Source: Malacoraja senta | Taxonomy: Eukaryota | Assembly (NCBI GenBank): GCA_038087875.1 | Contig: CM075991.1 | Location: 5,828,001-5,892,000, forward strand | DNA: 64,000 nt | Reading direction: 5' to 3' | Shown here: positions 12,885 to 25,559 of the stretch, piece by piece | Position numbering within the stretch: the first letter of the stretch is position 1 | Layout: each line of letters starts with the position of its first letter | Position numbers and translations under genes: made by a program | Notes under the pieces: generated by a model | Database searches by the model: none | What the model saw: the letters and a program-made list of their open reading frames with translations, nothing else | Told to the model about the DNA's origin: nothing

Positions 12885-13595
12885 GGTGGATAACTCACTG
12901 ATATACAGAGAATTGTGAGGTGTTGCATTTTGGGACGTCGAACAAGGGCAGGACATACACAGTAAATGGTAGGACTCTGGATAGTGTTGTAGAACAGAGG
13001 GATCTAGGAGTACGTGCATCGTTCCTTGAAGGTCGAGTCGCGGGTAGATAATTTGGTCAAAAAGGCTTTTGGCACTTTCGCCTTCATCAGTCAGAGTATT
13101 GAATATAGAAGTTGGGAGTTCATGTTGCAGTTGTATAAGACGTTGGTGCGACCGCATCTAGAATAATATGTTCAGTTCTGGGCACTATGTTATAGGGAAG
13201 ATATTGTCAAGCTTGAAAGTGTTCAGAAAAGATTTACGAGGATGTTGCTAGGACTGGAGGGTGTGAGTTATAGGGAGAGGTTGAGTAGTCTATTCCATGC
13301 AGAGGAGGAGGATGAGGGGTGGTCTTATAGAGGTGTACAAAATCATGAGACAAATAGATCGGGTAGATGCACAGAGTCTCTGGCCCAGAATAAAGCTATC
13401 GATTGCCAGAAGACTTAGGTTCAAGGAAATGATTTAATAGTAATCCGAGGGGCAACTTTTTCACACAAAAGGTGGTGAGTGTGTGGAGCAAGCTCGCAGA
13501 AGAGGTAGTTGTGGTTGGGACTATCCCATATTCTAAGAAACAGTTAGACAGGTTAGTACAGATTTGGAGGGATAGGGACCAAGCGCAGGTTAGTC
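12885..13595 (+). mobile_element. Old CR1 LINE 3' RT fragment (copies at ~58807-59508 and inverted ~31350-31784)
   Basis: CEVLHFG, YTVNGRTL, LQLYKTLVRPHLE and VQKRFTRML motifs. Confidence 0.88.
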
Positions 13596-13599
13596 AAAT

Positions 13600-14510
13600 C
13601 GGCAGAGCAGTGGCAGGTGAAGGAGTGAGTGAGTTTATTGGCTGAGGAATGTAATTACCAAAAAATGGTAAGTTTGCGAATTGGTCAATTTATCAGCTAA
13701 TATAAGCAAGGCTTGCTCTAGGGGAGCGGCCTGTCGGGAAGCGGCCTTGTTGAGCGAAGTACCTTGTGAGAAAAGTGCGAGACTTTTGGATCGTGAGCCT
13801 TGTGAGAAAAGTACGAGTTTTGGCTCGAGAGTCTTCATCGAGGAGGCTGAGTCGCAGAGAAGACATGACAGGTACGCTGATTCAGTGCGATGCTTGCACG
13901 ATGTAGGAGGATAGGGACACTGTTGGTACTTCTGGTTGTTACAAGTGTGGAAGTGTTCTGGTTCAGCTCCTGAAGGACCGTGTTGGGGTACTGGAGAGGC
14001 AACTGGATGAACTCAGGATCATCCGGGAAAACGAGAGTTTGCTGGACAGGATATACAGCGAGATCGTTACACCGAAGGTACCGGAAGAGAGAAGGTGGGT
14101 GACGATGAGGAAGGGAAGGAAGCTGGAGAGTATAGGAAACCCCGGGGGATGTACCTCTTGAAAAAAGGTTCACCCTCTTGGAAGCTGTCGGGACAAAAGA
14201 CACTGTCATTCTGAGTGTGGAACAGGTCTGGGAGTCAAAACGTAGCGCTGAAGCAAAGCCGAAGTGACAGACGTCAGGCAGAGTAGTCGGGGACGATCGC
14301 GAGAGGTGCCAAGAGAGCCAAATTGGAAATATAAGAATGGAATTAAGGAGAAAGAGAGTATAGGAAAAGTTAAGAAAGTCACCAGAATTAACGGGGCAGT
14401 GAGCACACAAAGGGATAGGAGAGTATGACCAAGTGAAATAGGAATCGATGTGACATGTGAGGTGAGTAATGGATTAAAAGTAGTATATATGAATGCGCGA
14501 AGTAAAATAA
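13600..14510 (+). mobile_element. CR1 LINE 5' part: ORF1 remnant to start of ORF2 (copy at ~59510-60418)
   Basis: QCDAC..CYKC Cys motif, LKDRVGVLERQLDELR zipper, VPLE(K/N)RFTLL, then GLKVVYMNARS (EN start). The esterase-like part is deleted at about 14305. Confidence 0.8.
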
Positions 14511-14514
14511 GTAT

Positions 14515-14885
14515 AATAGATGGCGCGGCCGGTTCCAGTCGCCGGAACCTCCTGAAGAACCGCCCTCTCAAGATGGCGCGGCCTGGTCCTGTTGACGTCG
14601 TGGCAGCTCCGCGGAGATTGTGCGTTTTTTAAACTAGTACTTTTATTTTTAATATCTTTCAGACTAATAACACATCAGCACTAACACTCTCCGATCGTAA
14701 AACACGTTTAAACTTATACTTTAGAATAACCCATTTTTTTGTAGACACTTTATTGACCGATCCAGCATGGCCGGCAGAGATCATGAGAGCGATCCGCGGC
14801 AACAACGATGGGAGCGCGGCTCCGGGAACAAGTCGGAAAAAAACATTGAGGTTAGCGGGAGGAGATTCGGAACAGGGAAAAAGCT
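14515..14885. other. Unclassified GC-rich segment with two GATGGCGCGGCC (YY1-like) motifs; copies at 60422-60786 and inverted 29622-29985
   Basis: gatggcgcggcc at about 14519 and 14571. Probably the 5' end of another retroelement; family not recognised. Confidence 0.3.
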
Positions 14886-15094
14886 TGTTGAGTAAATCAC
14901 ACATACTCACAGATCTGGTTTAACAATATTTATTAAGACACGTATACAAAACACTTCAACATGTTACTCCTATCATGCAGAAGTACAGACTGACAGCGCA
15001 TGTCGGGTTGCCATAATATTAATGGCGTGGTAGTAGGTGTGGCTTTAAATAATAAAGCACTACATTAGTTAGTAGGTAAAGTAACAAAACTACA
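14886..15094 (-). repeat. Gypsy 3' LTR (209 bp, TG...CA)
   Basis: On the minus strand it begins TGTAGTTTTG, ends ACTCAACA and contains AATAAA. The PPT aagaaaga is intact in the other two copies. Confidence 0.8.
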
Positions 15095-18000
15095 TCTTGT
15101 AAGGATATCAAGTGAAACACATCTACAATAAAGTGATATATATGTAGAAGCACGTTACTGGCAGCTGACTGATTAATAATGTAACCGAAACGCTAATAGC
15201 GCATACGTACTATTGATACAAACAAAGTCCCCGTATCTAAAGGGCGTCCTACAAACCCATCCCGCGAGCATCGGTACAGATCCGCATCTCCTCCCTTCAC
15301 CGTGCGGCGGGAGCACTGGGGACCCGGGGGACAAACACGGCGATTAAGATGAGCGGAGCACCGAGCGTGGTGGCGAGGGAGCTGGAGTCACAATCAATGG
15401 TTGGTCTGCAGCTGCACGTCGTGACAGAGGAGAAAGTCCGTCAGTAGATGTGTAGATCGGAAGCGTCGCATCAGGATACGAGACAGCAGGACGTGGTTCC
15501 TTCACAGGAAGGAGATGTTGACGCCTGTAGATCCCTCCGTCTGCACTCACCGGGCATGAGCGCGGCTCTTTTTCGGAATTGTGAATGAAGTTCAAACGGT
15601 CCTAGCCCTTGTTGGTTTGAAGGCGAGCGACTTGGCCACTGGAGAGAGGTTTATGTGGTCAAAAAATCGTGTTTGGTTATCGCGATTCAGTTGATGTTGT
15701 CACTGGATGGCTAGTGGTAAACGAACCTGTGGCTGCAGTAGTTGTTTGGGCACAGGAAGTGCAGCACGGGTCTGTCGGGACATCAGGCGTTGGACAGGAG
15801 ACCCCAGTTTTGGGTCACAGGCGATGTTTCTCAGGTTTAGCAGGTGAGACATCGGATTTAGCAAAGTGTGAGCGCTCCATCAATTGCTTGGCGCTCCGGA
15901 CAGACCGTTCTGCAAGTCCAATTGATTGTGGGAATTCTGGACTGCTGGTGAGAGGGTGAAAATCCCATCGTTGAGCAATGTTTCTAAAACACTGGCAAGT
16001 GAAATGACTGCCGTTGTCTGACAAGTGGCGTGAGGGGGCACCGTGCACGGTGAAATGGTCGCCAGCTTTTGGATTACTGCAGCGGATGTTGGACTTTGGA
16101 GCAGGTCGATTTCGAACCAGCCCGATTACGAGTCAACGAGAACCAGATACTGTTTGCCACGCCACTCGAATATGTCAGTAGCAGGCGTGGACCAAGGCAG
16201 AGGAGAAACAGGGAGTGAGAGCAGGGCATGCTTCTGTTCGTGTGGCATCAGGCTGCTTCAGATAGCACAGGCTTAAACTTTCTCACGCATGAATTTGGTC
16301 ATTCCGGGATAGTAAAAGACGCTCTGTGCTCGGAGTATGGTTGCTTCCAGGACGGGGTGACCCCCTGAGAACGGCATCAAAATATGTATCTCATAGGGCA
16401 GTTGGGATGACAGCTCAGTGATCCTTGATTATGACACCGCCCTGCAGCACCAGTTCATCGCGGACCAGATAGTATGGGCAAATAGGAAGTGGAGCGTGAT
16501 ATTTTTTATCCTTTCAGCCACTCCGGATGACAGAAGACAATTGCTGTATAGTTGTATCCGCAGCCAGATGCTCTGCCAGGTCACTTAGACATTCTGTAGG
16601 TGCGTACAACACCATCATTACTGTGAACTGATAATATGCAGACGGCTGTTGTTCGCAGGTTGTTCGTGGGGTTCTTGGTGTGTCAGCCGGATACATGTCC
16701 CTTTTGTAGACGAGGGTGAAATCGAAACTCTGTAGCTGCATCATCATCCGTTGCAAGCGAGCAGGAGCTGCAAGAATGGGTTTGTTCAGAAAAGTGAATA
16801 ACCACGGACTTCCGAAAAATAAAGTCCTTGTATTTTGTGCAGGTAAAAACCACGGCTAGTAATTCTTTTTCGATCTTCAGTCTCAGACAAGGTACGGGAG
16901 GAGTAAGCAATAGGTCTGCAGTCTCCTTCGATGGAATTCTGTAGGCAAGCAGCTCCAAGTTCATATTGGGATCCATCACACGGTATGTTTAAATTGAAAT
17001 AAGCTAGGGTAGGGGCACTGGGCAATACTAATTTAGGCATTTCGAATCCCCTCTGGTGTTGTGGGCACCAAGACCATGTAGCGTCCTTGTGAGTTAGTTG
17101 CCGCAGAGGGGCAGATATTTTTTTCTGAGGTTGGGAATGAATTTCCCCAAGTAGTTAACCGTTCCCAGGAATCTCTGCAAACTTGTCACGTCAGTGCGAA
17201 CTGGTATCTCGCTAATGCCAATGGTCTTGGAGAGTTCAGGTCTGTGGCCGTTACTGGTGAATACGTGTCCGACATACAGGACCTCCTTGACCTGGAATCT
17301 GCACTTCAGAATGTTGAGCTTGCGGTGGATGTCTTTTGCACGGTCCAGTACTTTTTTAAATTGGCATCATGTTCAGCCATGTCGCGTCCAGCAACGAGAA
17401 TGTCATCAACAATGATGTCACGAGGATACCCAGTAAATAATTGTTCCATTGTACGCTGGAATACTTCTCTAGCAGAGTTGATGCCAAAGGGCATCCGCAA
17501 GAATTTGTACCGGCTTAACGGAGTGCCGAAAGTGGCGAATTTGGATGAGTCGGGGTCCAGCGGGATCTCCCCGAACGAGCTGTTGGCATCCAGAAACGAA
17601 AACACAGACGCACTGCCCAGCTGAGCAGCAACTTCCTCCATCGTGCGCATCGGGTAGTGCGGGCGTTTGATCGCTGAGTTCAAATCTCTACAAATTTGTA
17701 TTTCTTCTTTAATTTTCTCCGTTGCGACCACCATGGTGGGAATCCAGTTGGATGGGTCAGTAACAGTGGCATTGACATCCAGGGGCACCACTCGCTGGTG
17801 CTTATTGTGTACTCTGCCACGCATAGCATGTGGCATGCGGTGTGGTGCTCGTACCACATGTAAGACATTTGCATCATTGACGACGTTGCATCTGAGTGGT
17901 AGCTTCCAAAACGTATCGTCAAAACGTTCCTTGTACTGGGAAGTATCTGTTGGGTGGAGCCCTCGGCAGGAGAGATTTGATGGACAGCAGGCCGAAAAGT

Positions 18001-18147
18001 TACCAGTCCAAGGTCCTGGCATGCGTTAATGCCATGCAGAGTTGCAACTTTCCCTCGGACAATAACAAAGTTCAGCCTCTGAGGTTGTGACGCTAGGTGG
18101 TATTTCAGCTCAGCTTTTCCAATTGGGTGCACCTCCCACCCCTCCCC
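14886..18147 (-). mobile_element. Gypsy/Ty3 LTR retrotransposon, 5'-truncated (PR end-RT-RH-IN-PPT-3' LTR)
   Basis: RT FLDANSSF, KFLRMPFGINSA, IIVDDILV; RH IEKELLAVVF; IN SDNG, SSPEFPQS.GLAER. Frameshifted throughout. Confidence 0.93.
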
Positions 18148-19505
18148 CATTGTAAATATTTGCTGTCCCAGCAGCGAGTCGTGCGGTACCCCACAAGTCA
18201 CTACCTGCCATTCTGAAATGGATCCGTTAATCCCTTCTCTTTGTTTCCTGTCTGCCAACCAATTTTCTATCCATGTCAGTACCTTACACCAAATACCATA
18301 TGATCTAATTGTGCCCACTAATCTCCTATGTGGGACCTTATCAAATGTTTTCTGAAAGTCCAGGTACACTACATTCACTGACTCTCCCTTGTCCATTTTC
18401 TAGTTACATCCTCAAAAATGTCCAGAAAATTAGTCAAGCATGATTTCCCCTTCATAGATCCATGCTGACTCGGACCGATCCTGTTACTCCTACCCAAATG
18501 TGCCGCTTCTTCATCTTTTATAATTAATTCCAGCATCTTCCCCACCACCAATCTGAGGTTAATTGGTCTTTATTTCCTTGTTTTCTCTCTCCCTACTTTC
18601 TTAAAAGGTGGGATAACATTAGATACCCTCCAATCCACAGGAATTAATCCTGAATCTATTGAACATTGGAAAATGTTCACCAATGCATTCACGATATCTA
18701 GAGCATCTTCCTTAAGTGCCCTGGGGTGCAGACCATCAGGCCCAGGGGATCTATCACCCTTCAGTCCCATATACGCAACACCATTTCCTGCCTATGTGAA
18801 TTTCCTTCACTTCCTCGGTCACCCGAGGCCCTCTGGCCGCTGGTACACATTGGGTAATTGTTTGTGTCTTCCTTTAGTGCAGGCATATCCAAAGTACAAG
18901 TTCAACTCCTCTGCCATTTCCTTGTTCCCCATTATAAATTCACCTGTTTCTGTCTTCAAGTAACCCACTTTGAATATCAAGTCCTATAAGCTCAACTGAT
19001 TAACTATGTTTCCCTCTTCACATACCTAAACAAGCTTTTACAATCCCCCTTCATATTCTTGGCTAGCTTACCTTTCTACCGCATCTTATCTCCCCGTATT
19101 GCCTTTTTAGTTATCTTGTGCTGCTCTTTAAACGTTTCCCAATCCTCTGGCTTCCGGCTCATCTTTACTATGTTATACTTCTTCTCTTTTATTTTTATAC
19201 TGTCCTTGAATCCACTTGCCAGCCACGGTCGCCTCTTACCCCCCTTTAGAATCTTTCTTCCTGTTTGGAATGAACTGATATTGCACCTTCTGTATTATTC
19301 CCAGAAATACCCTCCATTGTTGTTCCACTGTCATCCCTGCTAGGGTCTCTTTCAAATCAAACTTGGCCAGCTCCTCCCTCGTGCCCCCATAGTCCTCTTT
19401 GCTCAACTGTAATAATGACTCTTCCGATGTTCCCTTCTCCATTTCAAATTGCAGATGAAAACGTATCATATTATGGTCACTACCTCCAAATGGCTCTTTT
19501 CGCTT
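18148..19505 (-). mobile_element. CR1 LINE internal ORF2 fragment
   Basis: GGSDHNMI, SPGPDGLHP, VYLDFQKTFDKVPH and GVPHDSLLG motifs. Confidence 0.92.
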
Positions 19506-19507
19506 GA

Positions 19508-20358
19508 GCCACGAAGTACTTACAAGAGCAACCGCAGTTCTGGAAAAAGGTCTTGTGGACATATTAGGCGAAGATTGTCATATCAGAGTGAAAGCAAGAG
19601 CAAAGTATGGAAGAGAGAAGGAACTGCCCAAGATCCAAAGCATACCACCTCATCTGTGAAACATGGTGGGGGGTGTGATGGCCTGGGCATGTATGGCTAC
19701 TTGCTATCTTCATTGATGATACAGCTGCCAATGGTAGCAGTATAGTGAATTATGAATGGTATAGACACACCCGATCTGTTCAAGTTCGAACAAATGCCTC
19801 AAAACTCATTGTTTAAGAATTGCAGATGCTGGAAAATCGAAGCTGGACAAAAATGCTGGAGAAACTCTGCGGGTGGGGCAACATCTATGTTTGGAGGGAG
19901 GAGGAGAAGTTTTTCAAGTTGCTGCCTCACCCGCTGAGTTTCGCCAGCATTTTTGTCTACCCTCAAAACTCATTGGCCGGAGGTTCATTCTGCTGCAACA
20001 CAATGATCCTGAACATGCCGCTGAAGCAACAAAGGAGTTTTACAAAGGATAAAAATGGTCAATTCTTGAGTTGTCAAGTCAATCACCCAATCTGAAACCA
20101 ACTGAGCATGCCTTCACAGATTTCAAACAGTCATTACATGCAAAGGATATGCAACAAAATACAAAACATGACTACTTTCATTTACATGACATTGCTTTGT
20201 CCCAAATATTACGGTGCCCTGCAATAGGGGGACTATGTATAGTCATTTCTGTAATCTATACATGGTGAAGCCAAATTGTATAAAAATGTCCTTTAATAAA
20301 ATTATGGAGTACAGAGGCAAATAAATAAATGATGTCCCAAACATTATGGAGGGCACTG
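19508..20358 (+). mobile_element. Tc1/mariner DNA transposon relic (3' half with right TIR)
   Basis: FWKKVLWT, SVKHGGG, AWACM and SQSPNLKPTEH (degenerate WPSQSPDLNPIE). The end reads as the reverse complement of CAGTGCCCTCCATAATGTTTGGGACA. Confidence 0.88.
19812..19960. mobile_element. Miniature palindromic Penelope-like insertion
   Basis: 15-bp TSD cctcaaaactcattg at 19797-19811 and 19961-19975. Imperfect inverted arms homologous to the termini of 38958-39572. Confidence 0.8.
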
Positions 20359-20901
20359 TTCCAGACCCGAACTTGAATCTGATTCAATATGAAGCCACAG
20401 CTCCTCTATTAAGAGTGCTCATATTGAAGGCTGGTGTGCCACGCGCAATCTTTACCACCGTGTCTGCTTGCATTGCAAATTTAAGGGAATTATGTACACA
20501 TATTCATTGTTCTCGCTGCACTCTCTTTTACAACACTCTGCGTGTCCCTATCATTCACAATGCAGGTCTTGCCATTGGTTATCTTGTAAAATAGGGACGC
20601 GACTCATTTGCAGGAATCAAATTCCATCTGCCTTTCCTTGGCCTACTTCCCAGGTCTTTCGGTTCATTTTCTAATTTCAAATAATTCGTCTTACTATATG
20701 AACCGATTGTTTCACACACGTGATCACAATTTTACAACAGTAAATGATCACCATTTTGTTCCTTGCCACATACTGTGTCGAAATTGGATACCTTAAACCA
20801 CATAAGGTAAGCAGCCATGCTCTTTTAAATTACCTTTATCGTGTTCCTTAATCCTTCACCGTATTTTTTCCCTGACACGCTGCCTCACATTCCGTATCAT
20901 T

Positions 20902-21450
20902 CGAAACATAGAAACATAGAAAATAGGTGCAGGAGTAGGCCATTCGGCCCTTCGAGCCTGCACGGCCATTCAATGTAATCATGGCTGATCATCCAACTCA
21001 GTATCCTGTACATGCCTTCTCTCCATACCCCCTGATCCCTCTAGCCACAAGGGCCACATCTAACTCCCTCTTAAATATAGCCAATGAACTGGCCTCAAAT
21101 ACCTTCTGTGGCAGAGAATTCCAGAGATTCACCACACTCTGTGTGAAAAATGTTTTTCTCATCTCGGTCCTAAAAGATTTCCCCTTTATCCTTAAACTGC
21201 GACCCCTTGTTCTGGACTTCCCCAACATCGAGAACAATCTTCCTGCATCTAGCCTGTCCAACCCCTTAAGAATTTTGTAAGTTTGTATAAGATCCCCCCT
21301 CAATCTTCTAAATTCTAGCGAGTACAAGCCGAGTCTATCCAGTCTTTCTTCATATGAAAGTCCTGACATCCCAGAAATCAATCTGGTGAACCTTCTCTGT
21401 ACTCCCTCTATGGCAAGAATGTCTTTCCTCACATTTGGAGACCAAAACTG
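20902..21450 (-). mobile_element. CR1 LINE, 5'-truncated 3' end
   Basis: QFWSP..VQRRFTRLI..NLWNSLP..TGY*, then 3' UTR and (TTTCTATG)n tail. Same family as 34579-37516. Confidence 0.95.
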
Positions 21451-21734
21451 TACGCTGTTGTTTGGCCTGGTTGAGTGGCCGCAGGGATTCACTCTATAAA
21501 ATGCCGGGGCCACATTGTTTATTCTCCAGAAGAAAAAAAGGTCGAGGCCCATTATCCAGCATTTGTTTCTCTGAACATGCAGTATTTCAATGTGTATGCA
21601 GCACAGTGATAGGGTGCGAATTTCGCATCAATGGGTTCAACTGTTCAATGTTCTGACTCGCAACCTCAGTTAAATCTAAGATTGTTGTGAAAGGAAGATA
21701 TTTACACTAAAATCATCGGTCTGAATTGCACATG

Positions 21735-22482
21735 GGTTACTTATACTGGACTGGCAGAATGTTCCATACACCAATTGTGGGAAAAAGCTACGTCGCAGAT
21801 TCCCATTATATCGTCCCCATTCACCTCAACCGTCCTTTGATTCTCGATTCCCCTGCTCAGGGATATAAACTCTGTGCATCCACCGGATATGTTCCTCTCA
21901 TGACTTTATACACATCTATAAGATCAGATCTCATCTTCCTGCGTCCCAGCCATCTTAACCTCTTTCTTCAGTTCAGACCCTCGCACCGTGTGAACATCCT
22001 CATAAAGCTTCCCTGTACGCTTTCCAACGGCATCTTCCCCATAAAAAGGTGCCCAGAACTAAACACGGTCTACATGCGGTATTATCAATTTCCTGCATAA
22101 CTGCAGCATGACCTCCCAACTTCTATGTACCTGCATTCGCGGATCCCTCTGCTCTATAACACTCTGCAGAGCCCCGAGTAGGTCATGGCCATGTAAGACT
22201 TTCCAAAATGTGCCAACTCACAATTCTGTGTATTAATTTCCATCCACCATTCCTAATCGATTATGATCCCGCTGCAATATTTGACATCCATCTTCGCTAT
22301 CTGCAATCCAACCCGCTTTTGTATCTGCAAACTTTCTAATCTTGCCATGTGCATTCTCATACTGTAATTTATATACTTGTGAAACAGTAATGGGCCAAGC
22401 ATCGAACTCTGAGGCACACCACAGGCCTCCAGTCCGAGAAACAACCTTCCACCATTACCCTCAGCTTCCTTCCATGAAGCCA
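21735..22482 (-). mobile_element. Old, degraded CR1 RT fragment (related piece at ~38250-38720)
   Basis: GVPQSSMLGPLLF; the paralogue shows VYLDFSKTFDKVPH. Confidence 0.7.
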
Positions 22483-22762
22483 ATATTCTATTTGAAATTC
22501 ATTGTTCAGGTTAGAAATAATATTGTTCGCAGGAATAATTACATTTAAGAAACTCTAACCTCGTGTCATAGAAATAGAGTTTGCAACATTCCCTTTTATA
22601 AAATGTGACAAAATACATTAAAATTAACAGTTCGTGTAATCCCTTGAGGACAGAAATTCCTTGCGGAATGAGAAAAAAACATTTACGGTTGATGTTTGTT
22701 CAGTGGGCTGTGGCTGATGTGCCAGAGGTCACGCTAATTGTCTCAGAGGAATGTCCTCTTTT

Positions 22763-22770
22763 GTATAAAT
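22763..22770 (+). promoter_or_regulatory. Candidate TATA box of the GPCR gene
   Basis: gtataaat about 80 bp upstream of the ATG, conserved at about 39909 in the paralogue. Position only, no transcript evidence. Confidence 0.35.
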
Positions 22771-22845
22771 GTATGCTAAATCAATCACCAGTACAGATGG
22801 ACAGTTGGAAAGTTATGTGTGATTGTTCGCTGCTTCACATAGAAA

Positions 22846-24805
22846 ATGGAATATCCAGCAATTTACTACATAGCCGCCACTTTCTACCCTGTACTTGTGG
22901 CGGTTGGTATTCCTGGTAAGATACTGGGACGAGTAGGTTTAGTTTTGTACAGAAAAACTGCGCGGAAAGAGGCCCTTCGATCAACCGAGTCCGCGCCAAC
23001 CAGCAATCCCCGCACACTGACGGCACACGCTAGGGACAATTTACAATTGTACCGAGCCAATCAGCCTACAAACCTGTGCATCTTTGGAGTGTGAGCGAAT
23101 ACCGGAGATCCCGGAGAAAAACCCAAGAAGATCACGGGGAGAATGTACAAACTCCGTGCAGGATCAAACCCGGGTGGTTGGCGCTGTCAGGCAGCACATT
23201 TAACGCTGCGCACCGTGCCGCCCTGCGTGCAGTTCTCCTTCCATTCTGTATCTGCTGCTCTGAAGAATAGTCGCTTTGATACCCAGCCCAGATGCTGCCT
23301 CAGCTCACGAGTGTCTTCGGAAGGTTCAGGCTTCAGCGTCTGTTTTATTTCTGGCATTTTGTTCTTATTAATGTGTGGTTCTTTTGTCAATCTGGTCAGT
23401 TAATTTAGAGCTAATGTTTACATTTTGCAGCATGTAACCATATTCAGATTGTTTCTGGCGCATATTCTTCAAGCTCTGGGTCTTATTAATACAGACTTTT
23501 CCACCAAGAGTCAGCGAATGAGAAATGTATACATGTCTGTCAACATGCCTGTTGAATTATCACAACTAGCTGAAACACCTTCCGGGTTTTCGTTCTCTGA
23601 TTCATTTGCCAGTTTTGATTTTATGACTGCGTTTCCACTTGCTACGTCTGATATGTCGGAGGAAGCAGTTCTCCCTGAGTCTAATGCTCTCTGATACAAG
23701 TTAATTTCGATTGACGCAACGACTCGAAATGACTGAGGTGATCAGTGCGTCGTAGACTTTAGGAGGCCGACTGTAAATTGCTGCAAATTACCGACACACC
23801 TGCCTCTTCGATCAGCACCGCTCTAAGTATTTCTCCGAACGGAAATTTAGTAAACTGGATCAGGTTTTTGCTCATTGAAACTAACGTTCTATTTTGTTTC
23901 TTGCAGTTAATTTAACGGCGATTGTGATCCTCTCCCGGGGAAAATGTGGTCTCTCCAAATGCATCACCCGTTACCTAGTGGGAATGGCAACAGCGGATCT
24001 AATGGTAGTTGTCATTGTTGCTGCAATTGAACAAGTTAATAACATACACGTTTACGCTCGTTCCTTGCTCATTACACCGGTTTGCGCTCTGGCACTAATA
24101 CTAAATGTAATAACAATCGACTGTTCCGTTTGGTTCACCGTCAGTTTCACTTGCGATCGTTTTATGGCGATCTGTTGTCAAAAGCTACGTGAGCGCTACA
24201 GCACCGAGAGAGCAGCGTGTGTGATTATGGTGACTGTGGCTGTGGTCAGCTGCGCCCGATCGTTTCCCTTTTACTTTGCCGTGGAGCCTGCTGTCATAAT
24301 TGACAATGTGCCTTGGCGTTGCGTCTTCTCAGAGGAGTACGCCACTTTGTCGGTATGGAAAGGTTATGAGTTACTTGACAGCATCTTAGCACCGTTGTTA
24401 CCTATCGGTTTAATCCTGTTGTTCAATGGGTTAACTTGCAGACATATCATAGCGGCCAATAGAGTTCGCAGACGACTTCGGAACAGCCATGAGAACCAGA
24501 AAGATACAGAGGTGGAGAACCGGAGAAAATCGATGATTTTGCTCTTCGCTGTATCAGGCAATTTCATATTATTTTGGATACCCTATGTGGTTCATTCTCT
24601 GACATGGCAAGCACGTAATTTCTTTTACATCGATAGATATTTGAGCAACCCGGTATTTATCCTGCAGCAGTTTGGATATATGTTTCAGGTTCTCAGTATG
24701 TGCACAAACACGTGTATCTATACACTGACACAGAGGAAATTCAGGGAGGAGCTGAAGAGTGGAGTGAAATATCTACTCACATTGAATGGCCGATTATGTA
24801 GTTGA
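22846..24805 (+). CDS. GPR139/GPR142-like class A GPCR, intact, 2 exons: join(22846-22915, 23907-24805), 322 aa
   Basis: Exon 1 MEYPAIYYIAATFYPVLVAVGIP ends G|gtaag. Branch-like ctaac at 23881 and ttgcag| acceptor give an in-phase GTT codon. Seven hydrophobic segments, MATADL, C3.25, DRF, FWIPY, NTCIY, RKFRE. Family assignment is by motif recognition. Confidence 0.9.
22938..23223 (-). mobile_element. tRNA-derived V-SINE (HE1-like) in GPCR intron
   Basis: The minus strand starts gggcggcacggtgcgcagcg (A-box-like), has gggtttgatcctg (B-box-like), a V-domain-like cacactccaaagatg and a CR1-like tail. Confidence 0.8.
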
Positions 24806-25261
24806 CGTGTAACTCTGATAGCAACTTGGATGAAATTTCAAATAAATGTCTTTAACAATTCGTACGTTCGGTAAAATGCCACAAAGTCAGTGCAGGTATG
24901 CGCTTGACAACCGAGAACCCGGTATACTCACTTAAATTGGTCACGTTTGGAAAGTGTAGACACATGCTACCTGTTGCAGTTGTGATGTTGCATTGGTGGA
25001 ATTATATTCCAAACCACTGGATCTTTGATCGCTGCAACATACTTTGTATTATCTGGAGAATATAATAGAACTCAGAACTGCAAGTCTGGTGTCAAATGAA
25101 TTGAACCGAAATATTTCGGTTTTCCATAGAAATACATCATTCCTGTGGACTAATGGTTCACCAGCGAAACATTTCGCCGCTCATAACACAACTAAAATGT
25201 AGCAGCTGGTGAAAGAACACTGTAAAGCGGAGATTGTAGTTTTTACTAGTTTTAGTATAAA

Positions 25262-25355
25262 CTAGACTAATTGTGACGCGTTGGGTCCCATGTTCACACG
25301 GGAGGGCTGGTCCCCCAACGCAATATTCCACCTCTCCACCAATTCCAATATTAAT
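25262..25355 (-). mobile_element. Possible Helitron-like 3' terminus fragment
   Basis: Minus strand gggacccaacgcgtcac (degenerate hairpin), then attagtCTAG followed by T. Confidence 0.3.
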
Positions 25356-25559
25356 TAATGTCTCTGTAACCTTTCATCTTTATCTTTCCCCAAAGCTAAC
25401 TTGAAACGTAAGTTTCTTGCTGTTTAGAAATCTCCCTCCTATATATCTAAAATGTATTTACCATAAATGTCCAGATTGAGTCCGCTCGTAAATTAAGTCG
25501 TATGTTGAACTTTGGGATACTTGCCTGCTAAACACAGTGACCAAGAGCAACTCTAATGC

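Larger units (their letters stand above)
1..18054 (+). repeat. Segmental duplication, copy 1 (direct repeat of 44062-63990)
   Basis: Position 1 (tatgctcgtttgtgactttg) matches 44062. The same ordered set of nested elements and junctions continues until 18054 matches about 63990 at the window end. Confidence 0.97.

Noticed and set aside
17680..18396. Novel 238-aa CR1-RT/Gypsy fusion protein
   Set aside because: Chance open frame across a junction between two decayed elements; it drifts out of the Gypsy frame and has damaged motifs.
21494..21502. TATAAAA as GPCR promoter
   Set aside because: It is 1.3 kb upstream, separated by a CR1 relic and outside the duplicated unit; no supporting exon was identified.
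22846..23094. Standalone 82-aa ORF, and 23894-24805 as a single-exon gene
   Set aside because: These are exon 1 reading into the intronic SINE and exon 2 extended into the acceptor; GT/AG sites join them in phase.
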